From: Phoronis australis | Taxonomy: Eukaryota > Animalia > Phoronida | Direction: 5' to 3' | Assembly: GCA_002633005.1 (NCBI GenBank) | Contig: NMRA01000119.1 | Span: 708,228 to 772,227, forward strand | DNA length: 64,000 nucleotides | Part shown: positions 27,641 through 40,074 of the stretch, in pieces | Layout of the letters: every line of letters begins with the position of its first letter | Numbering within the stretch: the first letter of the stretch is position 1 | Position numbers and translations under genes: made by a program | Notes under the pieces: generated by a model | What the model saw: only the letters and a program-made list of their open reading frames with translations | What the model was told of the DNA's origin: nothing | Database searches by the model: none

Positions 27641-30600
27641 TCGGAGCCCAGCACTCAACAGCAACTATTTTATCACACTTTTCTGTGTCTAGCTTGGATA
27701 AATTTTAAAATATTACTGAAAAAGTCAATTTAACACAAGTCCAAGGAACAGCTGCTAACACTCTTGGTCAATAAAATAACAGGTCTTAATTACTTTCACT
27801 AGTGGGAACAAAAACAGTTTTATTACTGAATTAAAACCAGACAGATACTTCGACAGGTGTTATGACTAGGCTATGCTGATGTATCAGACAAGTAACACAT
27901 TTTATCACAAATGTGTGATTTTTGTGACAGGCAGTATGCATTTTGGCTTCATTTCTGGTCATATGGTAACCATGTGTAACAAATTAACTCTCTCAATCAA
28001 ACATAATACTGAAGGACTTGGCAAGTGATTAAATTTTAATGCCTAAAATAACTGTCAACACATAGGGAAGAGTTTTTTCATGACCCTGTGAAACAGCATT
28101 TTTGCCGAGCGTGGATGTGAGGCTTTTTTTTCTGTAAACCATGATTTGAAGCTCACTATGCAAGAATAATGAATTTGAGAACACACATGAAAAGTTGTGG
28201 AGAATGTGGGGCGAACAAAAATGGTGAAATATCAAACTTAAAAACTACCAGAATGAATCATGGAGTCGATAATTTTACCAGCATGAACCATGAAACAACC
28301 TACCCCCTTCACCCCTCAATATGGTGGCTGGCATTGTCTGGGTCTAGCTCAGTGTTAGCAGATTCTGCACATCTCTGTCTGCACAGCTAGCCAATTGAAA
28401 GTATGAATCATGATACTACACTGAATTAATCATAATGTTTCAACTTTTAATGCTGGTAGGATTGTATTCATGTGGGCAGATGTGTGTTTCAGAGCCAGCC
28501 AACTAGCCATGTATGGTCGCGTGTGGACGTGTGCAGCCAAGAACATTCTTGGTAAAATATAGAAACAAAACAAATCATGGTGTCACTATGAAACACCTAT
28601 CAAAATGTAGAATACCTTTCTTCAAAGCTAGAATTCAAGAAACACCTACACTGAACATTTTAATTGTTTAAAAGAAAAACATTTGAAATAACATTTTGTT
28701 TATTGCACTTGTCAAGAATAATGTCTATGCTGGCTAAATAACCACCCATGAAATTTCCAAATTTTTGCTTTTGAACGTTCATTCTTTGCTTACTACCTAC
28801 CCCCAATTCATATGACCGAGTCTTCCTTAAAAGAGCCTGTGTCTTAACATGACACCTCCTTTTATCAGAATTTTAGCTCCAAAAAGCTTAGTACGCAACA
28901 ACACCCGTTATCTTTGAGTAACTTTCAGGGGAACCTTGCTTTCCTCTGGCAAGAAAATACCGGGGCTTCGTGGACCAGACACGCACATCTAAAGCTATTA
29001 TTATCATATATGTTTGTGATGCATGACAATATCTTGCAAAGACCTGCGTGAACTTGCAAGATGCGTTAAAAACAGTGACAAGTTTGCCACTGAAGCACAA
29101 TTTGCCCTAAATTGTGTTTCGCTATCTAGTAATTAATGAAAATTGCATAGAAACATAATTTACTCTTAGTTACAAATATATACATATACATTTAGACATA
29201 GATATAAATTTATATTTTTTGCATTCGTCCAAATCAAAACCCATGCTAGCAATAACGCTTACCCCAAAATTTTCACACCCATGCTGACGACTGAATGCAT
29301 TGCCTACTCCCAATTTCATACCGTCAAAACTTCCTAGAAAATTGCTATGCCCTTGTAATAGCACGTCTCCCAAAAGATGCACTTATGTATCGAACAGGTG
29401 AGAATTACACACTTCTGAAGTTACGTTGCAGACATGACTCTGTCAATGTAAATGTGACTCCCTGGGCACCCACTAGGCTTCTAAAACTTTGTTTTTAAAT
29501 GAGCCCATGCTTGGCTTAATGCACACAACTCAATTTTTGAGTTCCCCTATTTAACCACCCCCGTTAGTAACCCAGAAGTGTACCCTCTTGGTTAATTTTA
29601 AACAGAATTACAGAAAAATATATCATGTTATTTCAAACAGAACTACGTAAAATATATCGTGTTATTTCTGAAATGAAATACGTTCATTAATAACACAGAC
29701 TCAATCAACTTCTTCAACTGAACTGATAACAGACTGAGAAAGAAGCCCTCCAAATTTTCATTAACATTTTACGAAATTTAAGCCTGTTGAAAAAAGAATC
29801 TCTCGTTTCCGCCACTAATTGTAACTTTTGAAAGCAACCACTGGCTCGATAAGTCCCCCAGCAGTTCACAATATCCGACAGCTTACAAAAGATTAATAAA
29901 CTATTTCAAGATGAACTACAACTGGATTTGTGGTGAAACCAAAATTGAGCCTTGGGAGTATGCTTATTCATAGGTTAACAATCGACTTAAAACTGCTTTT
30001 GAATCTCAGGCTTTTGTTTAAGGTTTACCATCTGAGACTTATGCAGTCACAAATTTTAAGACTGACAGTTAAACATTCCGAGTTTTAGTCACCTTGTCTC
30101 AAATGCTAAACGGCATTGCTTAGCTAACGCCAAGTTACATTTGGCGACTTAGCAAAAATCTCAGGTTGCCAAATGAAATATGAGGTCGCCAAAACTGAAA
30201 ATCCCAGGTCGACGAATGAAATCTGAACATAGAGCGCAGACAATAGCATACACTGGTGGCACGTGGTTCACCAATCTTGCCTGAATTTTGCCGAACCATT
30301 CAGACTTCCGCCTGTTTACTTTCTGTTGTATTTTAAGCGCATTTGATGTGTGCTGGCTGCCGTGCTGGCAAATGCACTGATGTCACAAAGTTTGAAACAA
30401 ATTTAGGGGGAATTGTTGTCCGACTTTGATACTCGTAGTGGCGATTAAGATTTTTCCCAGGTTGCCAAACACAATCTGAGGTCACACCTAGCGTTGCGCT
30501 TGTCGCAACTGGTGTAGATATAAAACAAATGTGCTTTTTATCATATTCTTAAAAGTAGTTGTCCTAACAAATCATGAATCATTGCCAGTAAATGCAGCAA

Positions 30601-32419
30601 TTTGCTTCAATGGTTTATTGTGATTTGAGGTTCTGGGCAAAAACAGATAAACTTGAACAAAAGTGTGAGTCCTCGGAGCAGATAAGTGATCTGGAGATGA
30701 AAGCCAATATATTTGGTTGCAAAGTAATCCACAGATGGACAACAAATTCAATTCAGATAAATAAACAGTGGCAGGTCCTAATGTATATGGAGTTAATCAG
30801 GTGAAAAACAACACATATGAAAGAACACCTACTGCAAATAGGTGTAAAGGTATTGACTCTTAAAAACATTAGTGGTAATGTTTAGCACACTGCTTGAGAG
30901 GTCAAACCAGTGCTGAAAACTAGGCGATTTATGACTAAAGTCTGTCAACAGATTTCCCCTTTTCTGTTCAAACAAAACAAATTTGAACTCAAAACGATTA
31001 TTTTTAACTAACAAGCAAAGAGAGTTTGTAATTAGCAATCTTTTAAGTACTTAACCTTAACTTTGAGCAAAGGGGAGACGTGTGGCTACGTAACCATCCT
31101 ATAAAAAGACTTTTCCCCTCAACATGTTCCAGAAATTGATGAATAATTCACTAACATTCAAGACCAAGGACCATTCCATCGCCCGCTGACCAAAATTAAA
31201 GCTTTTGTTTAAAATAATTTTGTAATTCGCAGCCAAATTTGCATTCACTGCGATTTTCGTAGGCAATAAATATTGGCTATAACACTAGCATTTTTTCCAG
31301 CATTTCTGCCAGTAGTGAAAAACGCCAGTCATGTGAACACCTGCCACTGCCACTTCTGGCTTTATGTTACCCTAAAACTACTGGGGGCATTTTCAACATC
31401 CCTTTTATAACCATGCCACTTACTTCAAAGGAACAGGGTGGAGGCCTTTATTTATCATGTTTATCAATGTGCTAAATATTGCAGAAAGTAAACACACTTT
31501 GACATCAGTTTTCACTGCAAAAAGCATTCAGGAGGTGGGATGTTAGGAAAGTAAGTGATGCCTAAAAATTACCAACACAGCATGGCTGTCTGGCTAAACC
31601 TACAGAGTTTATGCCACTGAAAAGCTGCTAATATAGTTCTGACATTCAAGTGTTAGATAATTCAAACAAAAGTGGACTCTTGCCTTTAAGAATTCCATGC
31701 AAAAGTTTGGACAGAATTCATGCCAGTCCAACATGGAAAGAAACGGGTCAGTTCCGTATACAAAACTGTATTGAACAAATTGAAAAAATGACATCATCAG
31801 CTAGAAAAAGCAAATGATGGAAGCTGAGACAACACAAGAACTGTGCAAACAACCATCAATTGCTCAAGCATACTACAATGAAAATTCAATTAGCTTGTTG
31901 CTGAACTCCACTAAGGGAAACCTAGGTGTGAATAAACATGACTCAATACACCTGATAAATGGCCAAGTCTTGAGTACATCAATAAACCTATACACAAAAC
32001 AATGGACCCATGAGTACTGGAAATAGGATCTTAGACTGGAAGCTTAAAAAACCTGCTGCACATTAGAGCGAATAGTCCGAGCAAGCAGACTCGTACGTCT
32101 GATTGCTAAGCATGTAGCATGCAGCCAACATTCTCTGCCACTGATGATGAAGGTACCCTCACGAAGTCTGATGAGGTGGTATCTACAAAAGCATTGTCAT
32201 TTTTTCACGTAGCATCATTCAATGAAGACCTAATAAATTTTTATATGTATTCATATTTTGAAATTCAAACGCTATGGTCTAATTTATCAAATATTGCTGT
32301 TTATTTAATGTAAATTTAAATATTTCATGAGTTTCTCAATTGTCATGTCCTTAAGTTGTTCAATGAAGCACACACTAAAAGCTTATGACCTTCCCAATGC
32401 ACAGTATTGAGACAAAATA

Positions 32420-32640
32420 ACCCACAATGCCCCTGTCATGAATGCTGGGCAGAAGTCGAGTTCATCATTAGAGTAGCCTTTCCGTCATGACTGAAACTGA
32501 AGGTGTATTAACAGGAAAGACAGTAAGGTGGATAGGCCATTATGAAATTGAACTTTGTTGCTTTATAGTTAATAGCAGTCATTTTTACTGTTAACGGAAT
32601 TAGCCGTCATGGTGGGTGGGAACGGTATTTTGCCTTGCAT
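32420..32640. mobile_element. Dispersed repeat family (aattagccgtcatg motif)
   Basis: Related pieces at about 20845-20900, 21280-21352, 55510-55680 and 63860-63945 (reverse). Confidence 0.55.
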
Positions 32641-32751
32641 TGTACGTCAGCTGCTGCGTATGAAGCTAATCAAGCCCAGAATTTGTACAAGACAAAAAAT
32701 TTTCAGTTTGGGATACAAGATGGCAGACACCTGGAATATTTTGTTAGTATG

Positions 32752-32962
32752 GGGCCCGTTCCAAGAAATCTGACTTAGGTAAGACAACTCTTAAATTTCA
32801 GTATACGTTTCGAAAAAGAGATATTGAGTTTGATTTAAGTATCTGACTTAAGTTTTGTCTTAATTTTGACCAACTTACCGGATGTGGAAGTTTCAAACTT
32901 TGTAAGTCGAGACAAATCTTGGACTAAAGTCAAAAATGAACTTAAGTCAGTTTCTTGGATGT
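32752..32962. mobile_element. MITE-like element
   Basis: TIR ccaagaaatctgacttagg...cttaagtcagtttcttgg; related end fragments at about 19005-19050 and 19605-19652. Confidence 0.65.
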
Positions 32963-35900
32963 TCTGTGCAGTATAGGATCAATTGGCAAAACAATATTGG
33001 GCGAAGTTTTAGTCATTAGAAGCAAAAAGCCTCTCAAAAAATATAAAAATGGCAATTCTAGGAATTAATTTTGTCCAGAATTAAAGAATTGTACATCATT
33101 TTCTAGATATGCTCTGGAAAAGCATTTTCAAGATAACAAATGCCCTTTGTGAATCTTCACTGGACAACCAAAGCAATAATCCATAAAAGCAGAAGACCTC
33201 ATAAAAGACAGGAGATAACACCCATAAAACACAGCATCGATGCAATGTCAGTGACATTTAAAAAATGGCTGTAAAATCTGAGGAGACTAAATATTGGCAA
33301 CATGACAGTGCTGTAACTACTTCACCGGCCAACAGGGGGCAGGCAGAAAGGCAGCTGGTTATCTTGAACTTGATGTGCTGTCATGATTCTCAAGTGAGGC
33401 TCTGACAGTGAACAAACACAGTGGGAACAAGAAATATTTGTCAAACTCCAACGCAAAGTGATTAAGTAAGGGGAGGTTGGAATCCATAGGCTTCCTAGTG
33501 CATCCATGCTAGAACTTGTACCTAGGAAATGATATCTCAAGGCAGTAGAGTGCACTTTAACATCATGTTCCTAAACTACTGCAACTGCAGTGGTGGGTTT
33601 TGGCTTGTCAGCTGGCTTTCATCTCAATCATAAAACTTGTTTAAAGAGCCTGGCCATGCATTGTTCATCACAACCTGTTATGACTTGTTACTGAGTCAAG
33701 TATGAATTATGGTGTGACGAGTTTGAAAACTTGTGAAATGAGTCTGGAGTATTGGAAGATTAAGTCATTTCTTAACCAAATTAGGAAATTTCAGACTTTT
33801 GGTAACAGTTCAATGTATTTATTGCAAGACTTAACACACAAACTCCCCCATAGAATAGAATAGAGACATGGTCTTTCGAACACGTACATGACTTTTGTTA
33901 TCGATTCCAGTCAGCTATGAATTTTCTGTTGTGGAGGACACTAATAGAGTTCTTTAGTGAAACATTTCCCACACTTATTAACTTAAGTGAGCAAAATTCT
34001 GCAATTTAGTGCACCCATGTGATAGACTTTCAAGATTCTCTAAAGATTCCAGTGGACGGGCCTTAGGTTCATTCGGATTTTATTATGCATACAGGTGGCA
34101 AGGGTGCATCGTTTCCCTCCCATTGCAAAAACTGGCCTTCCATTGCCTTCAACACCAATATTGTGTAACAATCCTTGTCATCCACCCAACCGCCAACCAC
34201 ATTACCTGCAGAATACACAGAAAACCCAACAGCAGCTGTTTTCCTGCACTGTCTTTAAACAGTACATAAGAATGCAGCAGTTTACAACTTTCTCAAATCT
34301 CGTTACTGCAGGGCTTGACATCAGCGAGTAAACACTCAAAAATACGAGTGGAATCGGTAAAATATGAGTACATTTGGCAACTCTTACGCTAACAAGATTT
34401 GCTCGCAAGTGGACGAGAAAGCATGCACTGTTTACCCCAAAGTATGCAACGAATTCCTCGCCACATCAAAGCCAGTCGCTATCCATGGGCTTGTCTGACG
34501 TGTAGTATGAGATAACTGCGGTCATGTGCCAACACGCCTGTTTAGTGTACGAGTTTCAAAGTCAAAAAAAACGCACAATAACTTGAGTACGGCAAATGAC
34601 CAACCTGACTGTTTTTAAAATTGAAAAGTAAATAGTATTAGTCTTTGAATATTTGAAATCGATGCATTATAAGAGAAACTAACAAACATGTTTTTTTCAG
34701 CATCACGACAAAGCCACGAGCATTAATTTTTGAATGATAAGAACGGGTTACTCACAGTCTGACTTAGGCTTGCTTTGGTGTTGGGGGTAACAAAACCTCA
34801 AACGTTAGCATAGTTGTCTCATTAAAATTTGACTTCACTTGCATCACTTGTAAGGGCCCTGAGCAGACGTTCACGGTTTTTTGTTCGCTATTTTTTCTGA
34901 GTTCAGATTCAGGAAAACAAGTGAAATATGGTGTCATTAACTTTCGAGGATATTTTAGCACGTATAAATCCGTCATTTATATTAACAGAAGAAAGCAAAG
35001 CTTTTTTCACGGATGAAGGGCTCTATCAAAATAAAGGTTAGAAAAACTATTAGACAAACATTCCATAGTAATCACTGTTAATGACAAAGGCACTGCAGAG
35101 GTCCAATTTCACATTTGACAAAAATAAAACACGCAACACATGTTTACAAGTTAAATTGGTATTTTCCTAGATTAAAGTCCACAAAAGCTTAATCAAGCGC
35201 ATAAACATTTTGACATATATATTTATATTATCAATAACAATACAGTGTCTAAAACATCTGCAAGGTTCATAGTCCGAAGAAACCAGACACAACACTACTT
35301 AAGAAAGTAGCGATGCAGATATCGCTTCTTTCATTCACAGTTTAAGCTCATTTTAAACCAATACATCAGAATGGTCTGTAAATTTGCCAATTTTACAACA
35401 GTTGATTCACAGAACCTTCTATAGATACTATAGTGCTGTCCTCGCTACAAGTTATCCTAGAATGTGCTCCAAAAGGGACCTTTACTTAATATTTTTCATC
35501 ACTTAAATGGAACCCAGTAATAAACACAGTCTCAGGTTTAGTAAGGCTGTGGACCTTATTTGTTTTGGGGCAACTTGACAGACAGATGTGACAAGCATCT
35601 TATCAGAGTAGTGCAAGTCCTAGTGTGGATGCAAACCTGCAGACAAGACAGAAGTAAATACAAGGTGAATGCTTGCTCGGTTAAGCACACACCACGTGTG
35701 GGTATCTAATCCTGCTTGTCACAAAGTGTCTAGTGTGGACCATCGACTGCCTGGAGGCATGTTGCTCTGTGGCAATTTGTTCTAAGTTAACTTGTAGTGT
35801 GGACATGACTTGGGGCCGGGGTTGGTGTTGGTGGCACAGAGTCCCACAAAGCCATGCGCAGAAAAACGATCTTTCTCAGATAACATTGGCTTTTCTCGAT

Positions 35901-36570
35901 CCAACAGCACAAATCCAACATACGTCAAAAATAAGCCTTCTTACTGACTTTCAACTGACCACCATTTTGCTCAACTGACGGAAATATGCTTGAGTAAGTC
36001 ATGTAGAAATATCTGGTAGCTCTTGTTATAGGACGTTGACAAATTCAACAAACTAGAGAAGCAGTACTTGACATGCGAATCTTAACCATCAGTGTGTAGA
36101 AAAGTGGCGTTATGGATTTTCTCTGGTTTGAAGTTTGCGACTTCAGCTTGAGCTGACTAGCACAACTTTAAGATGTAAGTTGAGCTTGTATGAACTACGT
36201 AACAAATATCAACAAACAAACAAAACAAACTTGATGGAAAAGCAACATAAATAAATTTCGCCAAATAATTAGTGAAAAAACAGCGAAGAAATAGTGTGAA
36301 AAAATTCGTAAGTAAATCTTGCTTATACATTGCATCTGACGAAGCTTACACTGGACTGGCTCAGAAATACAATATGGGTCAAATGTTACACTCTTAGAAA
36401 ACAATACCAAGCAAATTTGTGTAGCAAAAAGCAAATCCTCTTAAAGTTTGAACTTCAGATATAAATTAAACTTTCAACAAACAACAATGATGACCCTTAC
36501 CAAGTGGTGCTCAAAAAAAATAAAAATAAATGCACGTTAGTATCCTTAACATTAGGCCAATCAGAGAAAC

Positions 36571-37094
36571 TTAAAGTTATGTAGGACAAAGCTATCCACG
36601 TTAACTCAGTAAACGTATATCATACATTTTCTGAAAGTAGAAAGCCTGTAGTATTTATTTGAAAGTGTCCTTTTTATCAATCTGCCATTAATTGGTTCAA
36701 GCGACCGTGTGCTGTCATTAAAATTTAGCGAAAAAGAAAATCATACTGATCGCAAAACAATGACCTGCGTCAATGACGAGACTAAACTATGTTTTAAAAT
36801 ATAAATCTTCAAGATGAAATCTCAGAAAGGTTGTTACAACTCTCTAAATCATAATTTCATTTCTGTTTTACGTAACCTTTGAGTTTTTTCACGAAAACCA
36901 TAATAGTCGTATTTCTGATAGCCTTTCAAGCACAAGTGAAATATTAAAAAAAATTCTGACAGCATTTGGGATAATTGTGCATAAACCTTAGTATCCGACA
37001 GTTTTATTTGAATCCAATTCTCCATTTCTGAGATATGACGTTCCAAAGTTAGCCAAATATGGACGCGATTCTATGGTCCTACATATATCATTAA
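36571..37094. mobile_element. TTAA-flanked non-autonomous DNA transposon (Kolobok-like)
   Basis: TTAA-agttatgtaggac ... gtcctacatatatca-TTAA. Confidence 0.6.
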
Positions 37095-38608
37095 GGTATG
37101 TGTGCCTAAAATACAACCATGCCCTGTAAACAATTTTTTATTTATCCAGCAAAGCAACCTTTGTATCTACACAATATTTTTTTAAACCAATGTGGATAGA
37201 AAGAGAATGCTTACTGAATTCACCCACTAGCAGTGTCCATTCATAATCTTGTACTATTGTAAGAACAGCCTGCCTGTCCAAAGAAGGTAGGAAAAGAATG
37301 TGGACGTTGACAGCCAAAGGCTAACAAATTTCAACCAGTGATTGACCACTGAGATTAAAAGCTGCCAATCATTGTTCACAGGGTATCACCTCAAAGCAGA
37401 GTAACAAAGCACGTTCCTACAAAATGTTATCATCACCAGGCCATCATCAAACAGCATGAATCACATTTTGGATAGAATGATATGTGATATTGAAGAGGTA
37501 TCTTCAAAGTACCTAGAACATAAAACTCATATAAAAGAGGTCGAATAAAAACCAGATGTGCAAATGATATATTTTCCGTTGCACACGATATCAGTATCTG
37601 GAAAATCAGATTACTGGTAGTGTTAGAGTGACCCCTAACCGCAGTCAAGAGAGCCCTCTGGTGAGGTGATATGAAACCGAAAATTGAAAAAATGTATAAA
37701 TTAATTACTGTAATCGTCATCAGCAATGCCAAATCAAACTCAGCATTAAGCCAACAGGTGGTGTACTTCAAGAACAACCACAATTCATAGCATTTTCCTG
37801 GTTTTCCTGTCAAATTTAATGTCTTTACCACAACAAGCCATGTTCTGGTGTTAAAATGGACTTTTTTCACACATTTGCTCATCAAAGTCATGTTACAACA
37901 TTCTTATCCTTCCGCTGAATTGAAATAATCCTCAAAAGAAACTAACATGGTCCAAAAAGACTAGAAATCGTTTCAAATCTACGTCAGGAACAAGATAAGA
38001 CTGGTTTCATAAACAACAAGTACCCTAAATCAAAACTTTTTTCACAGATTAATTGTCCCTTTACCAACAAATTCCCACAGTATTCTGAGCTACATGTAAA
38101 TAACTCATGAACAAGGGGACCAGGCACAAATGACAGTCTGGACCACTGACCAGCCTCAACAAGACACCTGTGTGACAATTTACTCCACATTGCATGACAG
38201 AACAACTTACACTGAATCATCTGGCCCCAGAACATGAATGGACAGTAAAAGTGTAAATGAGGATGTGTCTGCAACAAGCTTATGTACACGCTTCGATCCT
38301 ATCCACCACCTGTACATATAGAAGTTCTGTCCTCATCACGTATACCCTGACACCCCAAGGGCATATTTGGTATTTTAGTGTAAGATTAAGAGGATGAAGT
38401 TGACCCTCGGGGAATCTGGTGCCACCCGGCTATCCATGCTTGGCGTTATCAACAGACCCTTAATTTCGTTGTTACATCTATTCTGCTAAGTAAAATTTTT
38501 AAACAAAGAGTTTTTTGAGAAACACGTAGCCATTGACAAACCAGTATCCAGTAAACTCACATTCAAACAAAAATCCTCAAAAACTGTAACCCCACTTGTA
38601 GTTGTTTT

Positions 38609-38700
38609 TGGGTGAATGTGCTGAAGGCCGTCATGGAATGTAATGAGGTTATCATTGGTAAGTATTACTTTCCATGACGGCCTTCGACACATTTACCCAA
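38609..38700. repeat. 92-bp near-perfect palindrome/hairpin
   Basis: ttgggtgaatgtgctgaaggccgtcatggaatgtaat pairs with attactttccatgacggccttcgacacatttacccaa. Confidence 0.85.
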
Positions 38701-38776
38701 CATTCACTCTTGTAACGCCTTCAAGTTAAACTCAAGCACAAGGAAGAAAGACATACAAGTCTACCTGATAACAGAG

Positions 38777-38835
38777 TATTCAAACGTGGACCTCACAAAT
38801 CAGGAGTCCGCAAACTAAACCACTGCGCTACCCTG
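38777..38835 (-). mobile_element. Decayed tRNA-like SINE head
   Basis: Minus strand GGTAGCGCAGTGG (A box) ... CGTTTGAATAC (degenerate B box); no complete cloverleaf. Confidence 0.4.
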
Positions 38836-40074
38836 GTCTCCATTTTAAACATCAAGTTCAAGTTCAGGGACAGAAAATACTAAATGTAAGACTACTGTTG
38901 ATAACACATCCTACAAAATAGGGGTTACCATGTATAGAACAAATGGCTCAACACATGGAGTCAATTGCTATTTCAATCACTCAAAGGCATGTGGGGTTGT
39001 GCCAGTAATGCATAGTTGACAGCGCTGGCTTCACCACATTTTTAAAATATGTTTTCATGAGAAATTAATGATTAATCGTTACTACATCAACAAACTTCGT
39101 GTGACGTGACAACTAAGCTAATGGGTTTTACACAATTTAGTGGATACCTGTCAGCCCTCTCCCAGGCTATCTGGGCAGTCAGACAGGGGAAACAATACCC
39201 CAGACAATACCACAAAGCCCAAAAAGCCCTGAATTACGCAACAGTGGGGATACCATAAAAGTGAGAAATTCAAATTACCCACAGAGGTTGATACCACGAA
39301 ATCAAATAATCTAGCCTTGTTGGGAACATGTTCTCTACAACCCTTTGTGTGGGTAAGTATGTGTAGTTAACAGCAGTTTCCATGTGGGTCAAAAGTTAAA
39401 ATTCTAGAATAAAATTTCAATAGCCATGGATTCATAACAGCACTTAAAGAAAATGGTCAATGACCGTTACGTCTTATCTAGTATGCCTAGTGTAACTTGA
39501 AAACTATTTTATCACTGCCAAGCTTAGCAAACAAGATAAAAATTCAAATATACTATGCTGTGGTCCACTTCCACATTCATCAAAAACAATAAACTTTATT
39601 ATCCCCAACTTCACACTGAATGCAACAGGTTTTCAATACAGCTTACACATTTTATTATTTAGTCTTGACGGGAACATGTAAAAGGTCACAATATGGCACG
39701 CAAAAGAAACACAACACTGTGTTAAAGTCTCCAGGAGAACAAAACTCCTTTAAAAATTAATCAATTCAACAGAGATATTAAGCTTATTCACATCTCACAA
39801 TGCTTAAGACGATCAAAATCTGCTAAGCCGGATCAAAATTCTAAACATGAAATCTGCATTATGCTCATCCACTAAAACAAATGCAACATTTTTATCAAGT
39901 ATAGTTTCACCAAATAAATTTAATATGTAGAACAGCAAACACTTTAAAAAGCAATATCAGTCACACCGTGGCACCAAAAACTGCCAAACAACACCACAAT
40001 GATCAAATGGAAATCAACATTTCGTGAGTCTGCACACAAAAGTAGCTTGGTAGATCCATTTCTATCTTACCGGC

